A stretch of DNA of 64,000 nt from Podarcis filfolensis (GCA_964270895.1 OZ185437.1), one strand, 5' to 3'; shown: positions 1-13,637, counted from the first letter of the stretch. The notes: a model not told the origin generated them from the sequence alone. Program-made: numbers and translations.

Positions 1-1984
1 GGGTCTGTCACAGCAAGTGAAGAAAGGTGTGTTTTTATTTAACATGTGGATGTGTTTTTTAAAAAAACACTTACCCGCTTACAATATATTGCTATTTTTT
101 TGCTTGTAGCAAAAACCTTAGAATTGCTGCTTTGTGTTCACCACAGATTCTGTGTATAAATTATATAGTCTCGCTGGAAGCATGGCATAGATTTTGTAGC
201 TCCTCATAAAGGAATAAGCCCAATTTCTGTTTTCTCTGCTTGCTATATAACAAAATCATTTTCTTCATAAAAGCAATGCCTAGATTGCTACTTTTTGGAT
301 GCAGGTCATTTATAAATGCCACTAATTTTGAAGGTGGTTCAGAGAAAAACAGGAAAACACTGAATTGCCTACAGAGATGTAAAAAAGATGTATATGCTGT
401 TTCTGCATATATAACTTAACGACATTTTAAAGAGACAAATTTATCTTTCAGCATTATTTATTTCAAGGTCAGCTTACCAGTCTCACGCTATTTGGGGGGG
501 GGGGTCTATGTAGAGAACATTTAAATATCACTGTCTAAAATAGTAGCGCTTAGTTTTATGTATAATGTATGAAGCCATCCAGTATGTCAAAAACACAGGA
601 ACTGTCTTCTCTTTCATTGTCCTTGGACAGGAAGACTTTAGTGAAATTACTGCTATGATAATTTAATTTATATCCTGCCAGATCAGATATTTGCTTCAGG
701 CAACTAAATGAATGCCATACTTTAAAAAATACTGCTTAAAATCATCAATAAACGCTTAAAATGTAAGTGTCAGTGTAACACTCCAGTGAAACCAAAATTT
801 CAATACACGTAAACTTACACAACTACTTAATGTTGCTTTAGGTCCCAGCTTTTCCATGCAGTTAGTATTTGCCTGTGCTCCTTTGTATTTCTGTACATTT
901 GGATCTGAAGTCAAATGCTCCATTCTGTAAATGACGAAGAGTTCCATTGACAGAAGCTCTTTCCACTGATGGAATGAAATGTTTAGATTCTTTATATTTA
1001 TTATCCCATCAGGCCTGATAGCTTTCTTTCAAACTTGAAAAGTGAACTTCATGGTGTGTTAAGGATGCATAGCAAATTTTTAACAGATTAATACACAGGC
1101 AACTGGTGTCAGTTTGATGTTTAATTTTTTATGCAGTTTTGATTTTATGTCCACAAGGTAATAACTGTATATTTGTAATGGAGAAAAATGAAGATTCCAT
1201 AGTATTTTAAGAAAAATGTGCTCAGGTACTATTGTGGCAGAATAGTTTGTGAACTCCTTTGGTCTATTCCTGCCAAGTTATGCTTCTGCCAGGCTATTAA
1301 TGCTCTGTTCCCAGTCTCCAATAAAGGGATTACAGTTTCATCCATATTGTGGTGAATAATCATTTGGTTCTTTTTTTATTTTTTAACCGAAGCACCTCAA
1401 CAGAGAAATGCAGTAGCAAAAAGAATTATATAAATATTATTATTTAACATAGTGTTAGTTCAGAAGTGCAATGTTGTACCATTGTCCTTCAGTTTTCAAA
1501 CACAGAAATACAATGCAAAATCAGTTATTTATCAATTGCTGCCTTAAGCTTTTTTTAAATTTTTTTTTTAAACTTAACCGTAGTGCTGTACTCCATAATT
1601 AGGGATTTAAAGATATGTAGTTTAATATAAAGGAAAACTGTCATTATTCAAACTAACCTTGATGTTTTTATCATGTTTCTCCAGAATTTCCAAAAAAAGG
1701 GTAAACTTACTGGATAGTGTGATTGATTCTTATAATCATAAATATATCCTTGCTTTCTTCTTTTGGTTTCCTGCATAACCTGAGCTTTTACAGTATTGTA
1801 GGAGTTTCTTGGTTCAGAACATATAGGTCAAAATATGCTTGAGGTAAATGCTATAGCCTGCAGCATTTGATGGAATAAAAGAGAAACATTCAGGAGGGCA
1901 ATTGAGGTTTAGGACAAAAAGATTAATGCTTGATATATAATAATAAGGGCCCTGCTGGGTCAACCCACTTTTGCAAATGGAGTT

Positions 1985-2420
1985 CTTGAGTATTTATCGC
2001 CTCTGAACATGGAGATTCTATATAGCTATCATGACTAATAGCCATTTGTGCAACACTTCTCTGTGAATTTCCCTAAAGCCATTTCCCAGCCACCTGAGCT
2101 ATGGATATAGCATCTTGTGGCAGTGAACTGAATTCCATAAATTAACTTTGCGTTGTGCAGAGAAGTAGGTTATTTTGTATATCCTGTATCTGCTTTGTGT
2201 CAATTCAACTGGATGACTCTTGAGTCTGTGAGAGACAGGTGACAATTCTATCTCTTACTCCACAGCATGGATATTTTTATAAGCCTATATGACGTGTCCC
2301 TTTAATTGTCATTTTTCTAAACTAAGAATCCTCAAATGTGTTAGCCTTCCCTCATAAAAAGAAAGGGATTATCAGTATCCGAAGTCACTCTTGTGGTAAT
2401 TATAGATGTGACTTAAGCAG
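1985..2420 (-). mobile_element. Decayed CR1-type LINE 3' fragment
   Basis: Reverse strand resembles the CR1 RT C-terminus (LGLFSLEKRRLRGDMI-like) and 3' UTR. Edges approximate. Confidence 0.6.
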
Positions 2421-3276
2421 CACATCCAGCCAAATGTTCAGTGGCTTCCATGTACAACTGGCAGTGTTCCTTGCAACATTTCTAGGGGAGTTGGGTCTCT
2501 GTCCTGTTTTGCAGCATAATTTCCATTAGATGAACCTCTGCCAACCCCACATATGCAGTCAAGAGGAGAACTTTTATTTTAAATAAGGCAAAAATGATAT
2601 GGTGGCCATGTTCACATGTAGCAATAAACCCAAGAATCTGACTTGGTTAATCATAAGGTGTATGTGCTGGTGCAAGCAGCCCAATCACTCCTGCTGTGGC
2701 CTCGCTTTATGCAAGCAGATAAACCGGGAAGGTGATAGTTTAGTGTTATGCCCTGGTTTTGGGATTGTTGCTTGTTTTCCCCTAATGAGCTAGGGTTCAT
2801 ACGTCAGAAACAAACCGTTAAGACTGACTAGTGATCTTAACTTGTTAGGGAGAAACAAATCACAATCCTAACAAATCACAATGCCTGATTCAGACATAAT
2901 CTTAAGCTAACCCCTTCTTGGGGTTTTTTTTAACCAGGTCACATGAAGAGAGAAGCAAAGTGGCCCAAATTGGACTGTGTGCACCTGCATACATCTCACA
3001 CACAATATTGTGTTTTAAGCCAAGATGTTTTGGCTTGCTTTTACTCCTGAACACAGCCAACACAACTCTGGTGTGTTAGTGAGGTGCTCTTTCCCCTCAC
3101 AAATCAGCTCTGGTGGTTTGGAGAGCCCCAAGAACAGTATTTGGTGGGAGGAGAGAGGATATCATTCTTTGGGGCAAGCTGAAATGCTTCTGCTGACTGA
3201 ATGTTGAATTGCCCTGTATGGCTTTTTAAAAAATAAATAAAAAATATTCATATCCATTACGTTTTTATTTTGAAAG

Positions 3277-3425
3277 TAGAATTGGAAAGCCAGCCTTCTA
3301 AGGACTATTTGGATGCTTTGAAAAAACTGAAGGGTGAGCTGAATGATTTGGAAAGCAAGGCACAATCTGTCATGAATACAGTGAATGACTTTAGTAAAGT
3401 TGAGAGAGCCTTGCAGCAGACAAAG
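3277..3425 (+). CDS. UTRN: UTRN exon (DMD ex22 paralog), 149 nt: (V)ELESQPSKDYLDALKKLKGELNDLESKAQSVMNTVNDFSKVERALQQTK
   Basis: Acceptor tttgaaag, donor GTATGT; phase 1 to 0; similar to human ELKGQPGHAYLETL...KALQEKK. Confidence 0.92.
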
Positions 3426-4778
3426 GTATGTTCCATTTTTTCACTTCAGCAAATTTAAACTCAGACGCAGCTGTCTATGCTTGGCTTTTTTATGCCATTG
3501 CATTTTAAATTAAGCTGACTAACATTGGTGTGTACCATTGGGGGTGGGTGCGGAGAATAATTAGACTTCTACCACAGTTTTGACAGGCTTATATGTGAAA
3601 ACTGCTACTCAGTAAGATAGGTGTGACAAGCAATGTGTGTTGTGTTGTATAAATAGTTGTGGATGTATGAAAAACACAGGCCTAATGTGAGTGATGCATT
3701 CAAAATATCCATGCTTCCTTTTCCATAGTTTCAGGCAAAATAGCGAGTGTTAGCTAAGCTGTTTTGCCTAGCAGTCAATCAGACCTTCCATGTCCTTGCA
3801 GAGCATATGGGAGGGAAAGAAAGAACTAGGCAACAATAGGTTCCACAAACTGGACACAACTTTCCTAAAATAGTATCGCATACATGCATTTACAAAGATC
3901 AGTGTGGAGGAAATTATTCTCCACCCATATTAGGTACTCAGGGAGACCCACATGGGTAGCCAGCTGAAATACCTTCCTGACACCAAAGTTTTCAAACTTG
4001 ATGGATTGTAACCCATTCCCTGGGTTACAAATCATGCGTATCTGCCTAAAGAAGGAGGTTTGATCCTTTTTGCCCACCCCACCCTTCGATATGTATTGCT
4101 GGCCAGTTGGATGCAATGGTAGGGAATTAGGGCTGCAAATCATGCCTTGCTGCAGGAGGAGAGGGATGAGGGCCAATTTCTTCTTTGCCATGCCAATTGA
4201 TATGCTGTGCCAGCTGGTAAGAGGCAGGAGTGGGGAACTGTGGCCTGCTTGCTTCTTTTTTCTGTACTTCCTTTCTCCAGTAGATATTTGTGCAATTTCA
4301 GAGCTGTTTATGGATTTCTTCCCCACTGCTGCCATGTTTTTTGGTTGGGGGTGGGGCATAACGGGTTCACCACCCATAGATTTGTCTCAGAAAACCTTTT
4401 GCCTCACTTTTCTCTAGAACAATTATCCTGTGAGTTGTAATAGAAGCAGCTGGACATGCAAGCTGGAGATGGCTGGGGCGTGTCCTAGGAGCCTCATTTT
4501 ATGTACTGTTGTCCTAAAGTATCAACAGAAAAATCAGAACTTTTGAATGAATTCACATGGGGGGGGGGGAATCCTTGTGGCTCTGGAAATTATATTGACA
4601 CAAATCCCATTTTGGCATGAGAAAATATTGTTGGGTGACACAAAGGCCACATCCATTGCTATATTTTCTTTGTAGTGTTGTAATATGTACAGTTAAAGAT
4701 GATATATTTTACACAGAACATGGAATTGCTGCCATGTGCAAAAGTGAAATGTATTTCTGTTTAATCCTTTCCCTGCAG

Positions 4779-4991
4779 ACAATCTGTGAAACTCTGGAAA
4801 ATCAGAAAAGTGTGGTTGATAAACTTGCTGCAGACACACAAGTCTTAGAGAAGCATATTTCTTCTGAAAAATCAAAGCTCTACAAGCAAGAATTCAAGTG
4901 TTTGCAGGGATACAGGGACAAGTTAAATATGAAGGTTTCTAAAGACATTCACCTACTGGAAGAAATTATTTCCAAATTGAGAATATTTGAG
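4779..4991 (+). CDS. UTRN: UTRN exon (ex23 paralog), 213 nt: TICETLENQKSVVDKL...SKLRIFE
   Basis: Acceptor ccctgcag, donor GTAAAT; 71 codons. Confidence 0.94.
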
Positions 4992-7269
4992 GTAAATATA
5001 TGACCACGATTGTGTGGGTCAGTCATCCTGCTAAGAGGACAGAATACCACCAAATTAGGACATCAAAGCAAATCTAGGAGAAAATGAATCCAAACTCTTT
5101 TGGAAGTTCCCCTTTGAAGGGGGTTGGGATCACAGGGGTTATGCCTTTTGATTATGGGAAATGTTGTCTGAGCCCACAATATTCTGAACTAAACCACAAG
5201 ATGTTAGCAGCTTTAGAACAGGAAAATAAATACTTGCCTTGACTCATGCTAAAGTTAATGTTAATGCTAATTTGTAGAATTTTTAGTAATTGTCAAAAAT
5301 GGACCTTGACTTGTTACCTTATTCTGGTTTGTTTTCTTCGGAATATTTATGAGCATAATCTGTCTTCTGAAGGACGGATGTGCCACATGGTCAGATTAAC
5401 AAGAGAGGTGAATAGTGGGCTAGATTTGAGCGTGAGCCAGAGAGCAAGGGCTATATTTTCACATTGTTGTAATGAAAGAACAAATGGACCAGAAAGGAAG
5501 GGCTGCATTTTCACATTGTTCACTCATTAGAGCAATGCTTGGCAACAGACTGAATGTGCAAAGCAATGGGCAGGGGGGAATCAGATAAAGCCAAAGCTTT
5601 GTGCCTGGTCAGCTGGGTGGATGTTGGTGATGTCAGTGGATATGGAAAGTATACAAATAGATGAGTATCAAAAGAAGGATCTAATGAAGTATTAATCAAA
5701 GTAGAAAGGTCAGGGGGGAAGGAATGAAATCAGTACCTTTAGGTTTTGTAATGAGAAAATAGTGGTTTTGGTGAGGGAGATGGAAGACAAGTTACATGGG
5801 GCCAGAAGCAAAAATTGAGGAATGTCAGGACAGCAAAAGGAAGTGGCATGTTTTATGATGGACATGGAGAACCTCTGGCACACAGGCCTGATTAGGCCTG
5901 GCACAGATCCCAGTTTGGTCTGCAAGGCCGCTTCCTCAAAATCATGCCCGCCTCTCCCACTCCTCATGTCATATCTGACATCAAGTGTGGGGCAGACAGA
6001 GATGTGCCTGCCAGCATACTCTTGATTGTTCCTTGTGAAGGGAGGTTGACTGCCAGCCAGTCGAGCCCACTGGGATGACATTGGAACAGAGCTATCCATT
6101 GAAAACTCTCTTGCACCGCCAACCCCTGCTGAAAGCAGAGCTTGATGTTCTAACAGATGCTACTTCAAGCCTGCTGGAATTTGCTGCACTAGGGAGTTCT
6201 CAATAGAGCTTCCTCATACAGATGACCCCTGCCAAAAGTAGGGCTCAAAGTCTGCACAGATCAACTGATAGACTCAGAATTCAGGTCCACTGAAACCTCA
6301 TCAAGAATCACTGGTGCAAATGACCACTACCAAAAAGAGAGCTTGATGTCAGCACCAATCAGCTGAGTGGTGCTGACTTCAAGGCTTACTTGGTGGGCTT
6401 GAATTTTCCTTTGTAGCACTATTTGAATTCAAGTTGTGTGTCATCTGACATCATAATGACATCAAATGATTTGAACAGTGACTGGCACCCACTCACCTGT
6501 CAGAGTGACCCACTGTGGGCAGGGGAACCCAGCATCAGCACCACCATTGTTTTGGGGGACTAAAGGCAAGTTGCTCCATAGATATCTGATGGTATTAATA
6601 GGTGCAGATGGGGCAAGAAATCATTTTTGGAGGTTGGGGGACAGGGGGACATAGCGACTCTGTTGGAGCTAAAGGAGAATGTTGGGTTCACTATAGTGGA
6701 GAGGAGGGATAATGACAGTGGAGATGTGGCAGCTAGAAGTCAGGAGGGAAAATGATCAAAGGGATCATGGGAAATCCTTGGCCATAAGATGTCTGCTTTG
6801 GGTACATAAAATGCCTTGTCAATGTTAGGCAATATATAAATAGTATTTTGGCTGAAGAATATTTACTGCTCAGTTCTACAGGCTAGAGTGTATCTCTATT
6901 GGCCTGTAGTGAATACCCTTGGAACTACTGTGTGTGCTCCCTGTTTTGGAAACTTTTCTTCACAAGCAAATCAAGTCAGCTGAAAAAATGCCAGAAGCTG
7001 GAGGTAGAACAAAAAATGCCAAGAATCTGGACATAAATTATCCCTCTGTATCAAGATGCAGAGCACAATAGGTACTTTGATGAATACCTAGAACAAGTAT
7101 CCTTTAAGATGGCAATATATATGCACAATCAGCAAAGAATAAAAATGAGAAGCATAACTGAATTCTGGTAGAGATATTTCTAAAACCACTGAGGCTGATC
7201 ATATAGTTGATCTAAAATAGAACAGAATTTAATTCCCAACCCAACTCTGCTGAATTCAAGGCTCTCTAG

Positions 7270-7700
7270 CCTGTTCACATCCTTCTTGACTTCTTTGTTG
7301 CCTTTTGATACAGTTGACTGTCCTCTTTTCTACTTTATTCCCTTCACAACCTAAACCCATACCTGCTCTCAACTGTTTCTTTTCCTACTCTTTCAGGGAT
7401 TTGCTCTCTCTTAACTTTCTCCCTTGTAGACCCTCAGGGATCTTTGGAGTCCCCTGGTCTTCTGTTTCCCTGCATTCTTGGTTTCTGTGGTCACCTCAAA
7501 TCACATGGATTTCATCATTTCCTATATGATGCTGCCCAGCTCTCTACCTTAGAGCTTCCACCTTTATCCAGTCCTGTATCTCCATTTGTGCATATGCATT
7601 TCTCCTTGAGTTCTTCATTAAACTCATGTTTGGTCTCAGACATATTGAACCTATCCCTCCTTTTCTTATATATCCATTCACAGTGGCATCACCTATCCAA
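7270..7700 (+). mobile_element. Decayed L2 LINE reverse-transcriptase fragment
   Basis: Remnants of FDTVD, PQGS and SHGF-x-LY-DAAQL (YADD region). Confidence 0.55.
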
Positions 7701-7884
7701 ATGTCTATATTCTGGTCAGAGTCCCTGCCGTCTCTATTTTCTTTGGTACCAACCTCTCTGCTTCCTTTTGTGCCCACTTGTATTTCCATACCAAGTGGGC
7801 TGCAAGAGTAATTTGACATTGAACCCTTGGGCTCCTCAGTGTCTTGTCTTGTAGAAGGGGGAAGGCAAGGTCAAAATTTGACGG

Positions 7885-8205
7885 GCCCCAGACCTGGTGC
7901 TGTCCTCCCAAAGCTGGATAGGTGAGGTACCTGGCTTTGGGAAGGAGGCACAACGTTCTGTCAGAGTCCTAGAGTTCTCCCACCTCCTTCCCAAAGCTGG
8001 GAAAATGCTAACTAGGTTTTGGGAAGGAGGCAGGAGGACTCTAGGACCCTGTCCTCACACCTCTTTCTCAAAGCCCAGTGCCGACATTGGAAAGGTAGTG
8101 CAAGGGCTGCAGAGGAGGCATGAAATGTTGCTGAGGGCCACCAAAAAGGGGCCTCAAGGGCCACATGCAGCTCTTGGGCTGTGTGTTCAACCACCCGGCA
8201 CTAAA
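7885..8205. mobile_element. Non-autonomous hAT-like element with alternating internal inverted units
   Basis: CTTTGGGAAGGAGG and CCTCCTTCCCAAAG units alternate; hAT-like terminus; related copy at 17530-17680. Confidence 0.5.
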
Positions 8206-8739
8206 ATTACTTTGTCATGTCTCCCTTCTCTGGAACTCCTTATTAGAATACCATGACACCATGCCTCTTTCATATCACTGAAATTTCAAATCTCATCTTT
8301 TGTATGAAGTGTTAGGCTCTTGGGGGCAGTCAGTTCTCTTTTTTGTTGTAGTTCTCTAAGCACCATTCTATTAATAGTGCATTATTGCTGCTGTTGGCAG
8401 TTGTGGTGAAATGTAATTATTGGGTTGGATCCTAATTTCACCTCCTGTGAACAAAAGGGCTCCTTCTGTCAATGGAAGGTTTTTGATTCAGTGAAGGATC
8501 CTGTTGACAGAAGGGGGAGGAGGCAATCTACCAATTTTGTGCTTCTGCAAGCAAAGTCTGTGTTCATGCCAGAAGGAGCTATGTTTACAACTCAGATTTT
8601 GCAGACAGTATGAAATTATGCTTTTATTTCACAAGCCAGTTGCTTATTGCTCTGTTTTCAAAATGCCTCAAACCCTTCAAACCCATGTTCTATGCTGGTA
8701 CAGAAGATTTGAGTGAGCTGCTATGTTTTACCCCCACTT

Positions 8740-8905
8740 AACGGAGTCAGTATGCTTCTGAGTGCCAGTTGCTAGAAATCACAGATTGGGGGGAGCAGTG
8801 TTGCTCTCAGGTCCTGCTTGTGGGCTTTCACAGGCATCTGGTTGGTCCCTATGAGAAATGGATCCTGCACTAGATGGGCCTTTGGTCTGATCCGCCAGGC
8901 TTCTT
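8740..8905 (+). mobile_element. CR1-type LINE 3' tail
   Basis: ggcatctggttgg...ctagatgggcctttggtctgatcc motif; reverse copies at about 19750, 55670 and 57020. Confidence 0.6.
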
Positions 8906-9133
8906 TGTGTGTTTTTATTTCTCTTCCTCCAGTGTTGGTGCCATTTGTCCAGAATTTGGATTATTAGTTAGTCTATAATTGGGTTTTTGGTTAGCAAATC
9001 TTTACATGAGCCTGACAATGGGGGAAAAAATAAGCAAGTGGGAATTACTATTGTATTTGGGGTTTTCCAATCTGGAAGACAAATAGATCAAAACAGTTAA
9101 TTACATTTCTTAACTTTTTTATGTTCTGTTCAG

Positions 9134-9247
9134 ACGGATTCAAAACTGGTTCAGAAGTGGCTGGATGGTGTAAAAGACTTCTTAATGAAAGAGCAAGCGA
9201 TCCAAAGGGATCCTGAAGGCCTTCAGAGACAGCTTGATCAATGCATG
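9134..9247 (+). CDS. UTRN: UTRN exon (ex24 paralog), 114 nt: TDSKLVQKWLDGVKDFLMKEQAIQRDPEGLQRQLDQCM
   Basis: Acceptor tgttcag, donor GTAAGC; translated by hand (not in the ORF track). Confidence 0.95.
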
Positions 9248-10584
9248 GTAAGCCCTGCTAATGTAGAACAGAGTTGCTTATTTACCTCTGTTATTCTTTG
9301 GCTACTTCAAAGCATCATATAGTGCATTTCATAAAAACCCCTCTCTCTCTCTAAAAAAAAGGATAAAGCAACACAAAAGTGTGTTTTGCATTCCTTTGTT
9401 CCCTGATACCATGGTACTAAAATGCAGTTGTGGAACCTTGTTTTAAAAATTTGACAGCCTGTTCAGTATTACAATATAGATAGGAGTACTAGAACTGTCT
9501 CACTTCTTTTTTTAAAATGAAGATTTCTAACATAGAGATAGGTAGTGTGTAATCCTGCAAGATCTTCAGAGTAGCCTATAATTAGCTGGAGCTTTGCCCA
9601 TGTGGAGATGCTGTTGGAATAAAAACAAAAGAAAAACAACATTGGTCATAGGGGGATTGGGAGAAAAGTGCAGTTGTGCTGAGATTATTTGAATTGCGCC
9701 ATGCATTCAAAAACATAAAAGTACGGGCACACTTTCCCTAAAATATAGAGGTATTTCAGTACGGTTAAATCGAAGTGTGAGGTTAGTACCCTCCATAGTA
9801 TATGATTGCAGCCATTATAACTGGCTTCCAAAAATCTGCCTTACCTGTGTGCTTGGGTGTGCCTGTCATGATATTTGATCATATCCTCCTTTTGAACAGA
9901 AGACCAGACCCACATATTCCAAGCTTATTTAGAGTTTACTTGCTTCCAAAAGTGGGTTGCCATCTGGCATACGGGGCTGCTAGTCAAGAAGCATAAGATC
10001 AAAGAAGCCTCTTTTGGGCACAGGGACTGTTGCACAGTCCTTTGCATATTAACCAGCCTAGTAGCTGTAATGTTTTTAGTTGACTGAATTTATCATTAAA
10101 GGTAGTGGGGACAGAGCCAGAGTACCCTTGATACCCTTTTGAGTCTTGACTGTGAGACCATTCCTGAATAGAAAGAGACAATGGCCAAAATCCAGGTAAC
10201 TGCTCAGGAAACTCCATGACATCAACAGCCCATCATAATATATGACACACATTTTCTTTGCAAGTTGAGATTTTCACAAGCCATTTGTAATGTAATATTT
10301 GTGTGTGGGCAGCAGCTGCTCAAAGCTATTCAGAGAAAAGTATTCCCTGTAGTTGAATACAAACCCTCACACACCTGAAGAAGCTCTCTGGATTGGATCC
10401 ATTTTCAGACTCAGATGAAAGTATGCAACTGGATATTTATTTTAAAATAATTTTGCATGTGGAGTAATTTAGGAGTTATAAAAAATAGAATCAGAAATAT
10501 TTGTACGATGCCTTCGGAAATGGACAACATTTCTGCCTGCATCCTGAAAAGTGGTTGTTAAAGTGTTTTCTCTCTTGTGATCAG

Positions 10585-10731
10585 CTGTTTGTTACTGAAA
10601 TGGAGAAGACTGAGTTGTCCTTAAAGGAGATGAAAGAAATAGACTCTGCTTTAAGAGGCCAGCCAGTTAATGCCTGGGTGAAATCTAAGCTGACAGATGT
10701 CCAGTCACAATGGGAGAGACTCAGCAAGCAG
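10585..10731 (+). CDS. UTRN: UTRN exon (ex25 paralog), 147 nt: LFVTEMEKTELSLKEMKEIDSALRGQPVNAWVKSKLTDVQSQWERLSKQ
   Basis: Acceptor gtgatcag, donor GTTAGT; 49 codons. Confidence 0.93.
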
Positions 10732-10864
10732 GTTAGTTACTGACAGCATTACTCTTTATTTGCATTGTCTTGTCCGTCACTTTGTATTCATAGTACTGTA
10801 TTAGCTTTCTTGTATACATTGAAATAACAGACTTGGTAGCCATATAAATAATATATTTAGCATA

Positions 10865-11065
10865 GTTTAGCATAGGAAGGTTAGAGTGCAAGCTGTGATC
10901 TGGGATGACACCCTGTTCAAATCTCATCTTAGATATGAACTTTAGGTAGACCTAGCAAGTCATTCTGCCCCTTGGCCTCAACACCACCACGTGGGATAAG
11001 AATAGTGATTTATCTTCCAGGATTATTGTAATGGTTGCTTATCATGTATGTATTCAGCACTGTAT
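10865..11065 (+). mobile_element. MIR-like CORE-SINE relic
   Basis: B-box remnant gttcaaatctc followed by a core-like tract (gacctagcaagtca...ggcctca...gggataagaatagt). Confidence 0.5.
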
Positions 11066-12220
11066 ACATTATATTATGTAACAGAATGGCAAACGCCACC
11101 GACCATTTCCAAAGGCACCATAGGTAAGTCTTCTTTTGACAAATAGTAATGCAATGGCTTGGCAAGGCCTCTCTGGGTGGGGTATTCGTGGCCACAGGCC
11201 CAAGACTTCCTTCACAGTAAACTTCCTTAGAGGAGGGGGTGGGGGTGGGGTTCAACTTTCTAAAAGAAGTATTTAATATATCCTTTCTCTTCTTGGCTTT
11301 GCTGCTGGACAAATGCTTGAGGTCCATGGGATCAATAAACACCGAAGTAAATCATCTTGTTTGTAACTTTGTACAGCATAATGTTTCAGCTAGACTGCCT
11401 TTTTTTGCTATCTAATAAATCAGTGTCGTCTTTTCCAGCCACTGAGACCTTTTAGGTCTTGCCTGCCCATGTTTTCTGCCAGACCAAAAGAAAAAAAAAG
11501 GAGTTTGTGACTAGCAAAAAAATGACAGATCAGGTCTGCTGCTTGTGCTGGTTGAATGCTCATTTTATTTCTTGCCCCGTTAGACAATACTGCCCCAATT
11601 TAAATTGTGTCTGTGGAATCTGAAGTTTAATTTACCCAGATAGGTATTTCTTACTCCTCTTTTTATTATATTTTAGGAAGCCATCCCTTAAAAGGCCAGA
11701 CATTTCAACTAGTGCTTGGCATCCTTCAGTCTAGGCAGTACCAGTGGGCACATATTTATTCTGGATAAGATTTGCATTGGAACCTCCTGTCCATTTAATA
11801 TGTGTATAATGTGTGTGTTTGCCTGAAGTAACAGAAACCTAAGCACATGTAACAGTAAATTGTGGTGTTGATTCACTCCAATAAACATCCTGTTTGAATG
11901 ATCCATATCCTAGGGATGTTCAACCATGGATTTGTTATTATAGAACTTAAAACTATAGCAAGCATTCTATAGCTAAAAATAAACAGAATAGTATTCTATT
12001 ACATCTGTCAGTTCTAGTAAGCTGTGATGAAAGATCTTTTTTTGTAACCATAGCAACAGTATTTGCCAGATATTTTATAATGCAATAATTACTTTAGAAG
12101 TGAGCTGCTGAAACTTTCAATCCTCTGATATTTATACTTTACATTGAATCAGTGCTGAGACTCTCTTCAAATGATGCAGATAGCTTTTACCTCTCTGTGT
12201 GTTTTTGGTTGAACTGCTAG

Positions 12221-12391
12221 ATCATTAGTCAGAAAAATCAATTATCCGAAAGTCAAGAAAAAGCTGTAAACCTCAAAAAGGATTTGACAGAGATGCAAGA
12301 ATGGATGACTCAGGCCGAAGAAGAATATTTGGAGAGAGATTTTGAATACAAGAGTCCAGATGAGCTGGAAAATGCTGTGGATGAAATGAAG
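12221..12391 (+). CDS. UTRN: UTRN exon (ex26 paralog), 171 nt: [57 protein letters not shown]
   Basis: Acceptor ctgctag, donor GTGAGA; close to human utrophin. Confidence 0.97.
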
Positions 12392-13637
12392 GTGAGAAAA
12401 TGTGATTGTGCGAAAGGTTATGTGGGTCTCTAAGTTTATGTGCAAATTATCCATTATTAAACAAGAAATTGCTTTTTTGAATTGCTTTTATGAGTTTTTG
12501 AATTTACTTTTAAAAAAATGTTAGCTGTAGAAAACCCCGAGTGAATAATAGAAATGGGTGTGGTGTGATGTTGGAAAGTAGCTTAGGTTTCAGGAAATGA
12601 TCTTTTATAAGGCTTTGAGAAAATGAAACAAAATGAAAAAATGAACTGTGAACCTCTGTGTCTAAACCTTTTTTGGAAGGGAGAATGGGATATGAATTAT
12701 GAAATACTGGAACTAATCAGTAGTGGTGGAGGAGATCCTATGTAATTGTGAGAAGTGGATCTTACTTGGTCTGGCACTATTTGCTTATCTTGGCCTAATG
12801 GTCTTGGACTATTGCTGGAGTTTCAGGGGCTGGCAGAAGCAGAAGTTGTAGATCTTGCTATGTAGCGGGATGAGGGACAGAAGGGGTTGAAGCTATATGT
12901 TTTCAAAGTGCAGAACTGAATACAGAGTTAGCATATTTGATGAGGGAACTTTGCACTCTCAAACTGAGAGGAGGCATAGGATTCACTGTAAGTAGGTGCA
13001 TTTCCCTTTTTCTGCCACCACCACTTTCATCCAAACTTGTGTCATGATCTAGTTTTTTGTCAGATATTTTTAATTGCAGTGTCATGTTGGTATTTCAGCT
13101 CTGTGACAGAATTGGAAATAAGACATGAGATGGGAGGACCACCCTAACAAACATATTTTATGTGGCTACTCACCTGGGAAATGTTTTATTGAAATGCTTT
13201 AAAATGTTATGAATGTAAAGGATTTTTCTATAGTGTTGTTTTTGCAATTTCTGTAACACTGTTTTGGTAAAAATATTAATGAATTGAAATGGCAATAGTC
13301 TGGCTATGAAAGATAGATCATGTTCAAAGAAACGTCTTTGCACATTATGAAATCTCATGCAATAATAAATTATTTCAGGTGCTACAAGAGTCTTTGTTGT
13401 GTTAGAAATCATGTCATTTGACAGCATGATGAACATGACAGCATGATGTGATAAATAATACAACAGAGCGTCAAGTGAAACTTCATGGAGCACAATGGTT
13501 CTGTTCCTGCCAGCTTCTATAATGAAATATTGAAAAAAATTGAATGAGTAGAAACTTCCATTTGTATACTAAAGACTAAGACTTTGTAATTGTCTTTGTC
13601 AGTAACCATTTGATCAGCAATCACTTTCTTTGGGCAG

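Noticed and set aside
756-947. 63-aa minus-strand ORF
   Set aside because: No recognisable homology or splice signals; within chance length.
1-3276. Upstream UTRN exon (DMD ex21 paralog)
   Set aside because: No open, correctly phased segment resembling the expected peptide; it probably lies before the window.
3865-4417. Overlapping 170-aa (minus) and 115-aa (plus) ORFs
   Set aside because: No domain similarity and non-coding-like composition; expected by chance.
11973-11982. MEF2-like site CTAAAAATAA
   Set aside because: Expected by chance in AT-rich introns; no supporting cluster.
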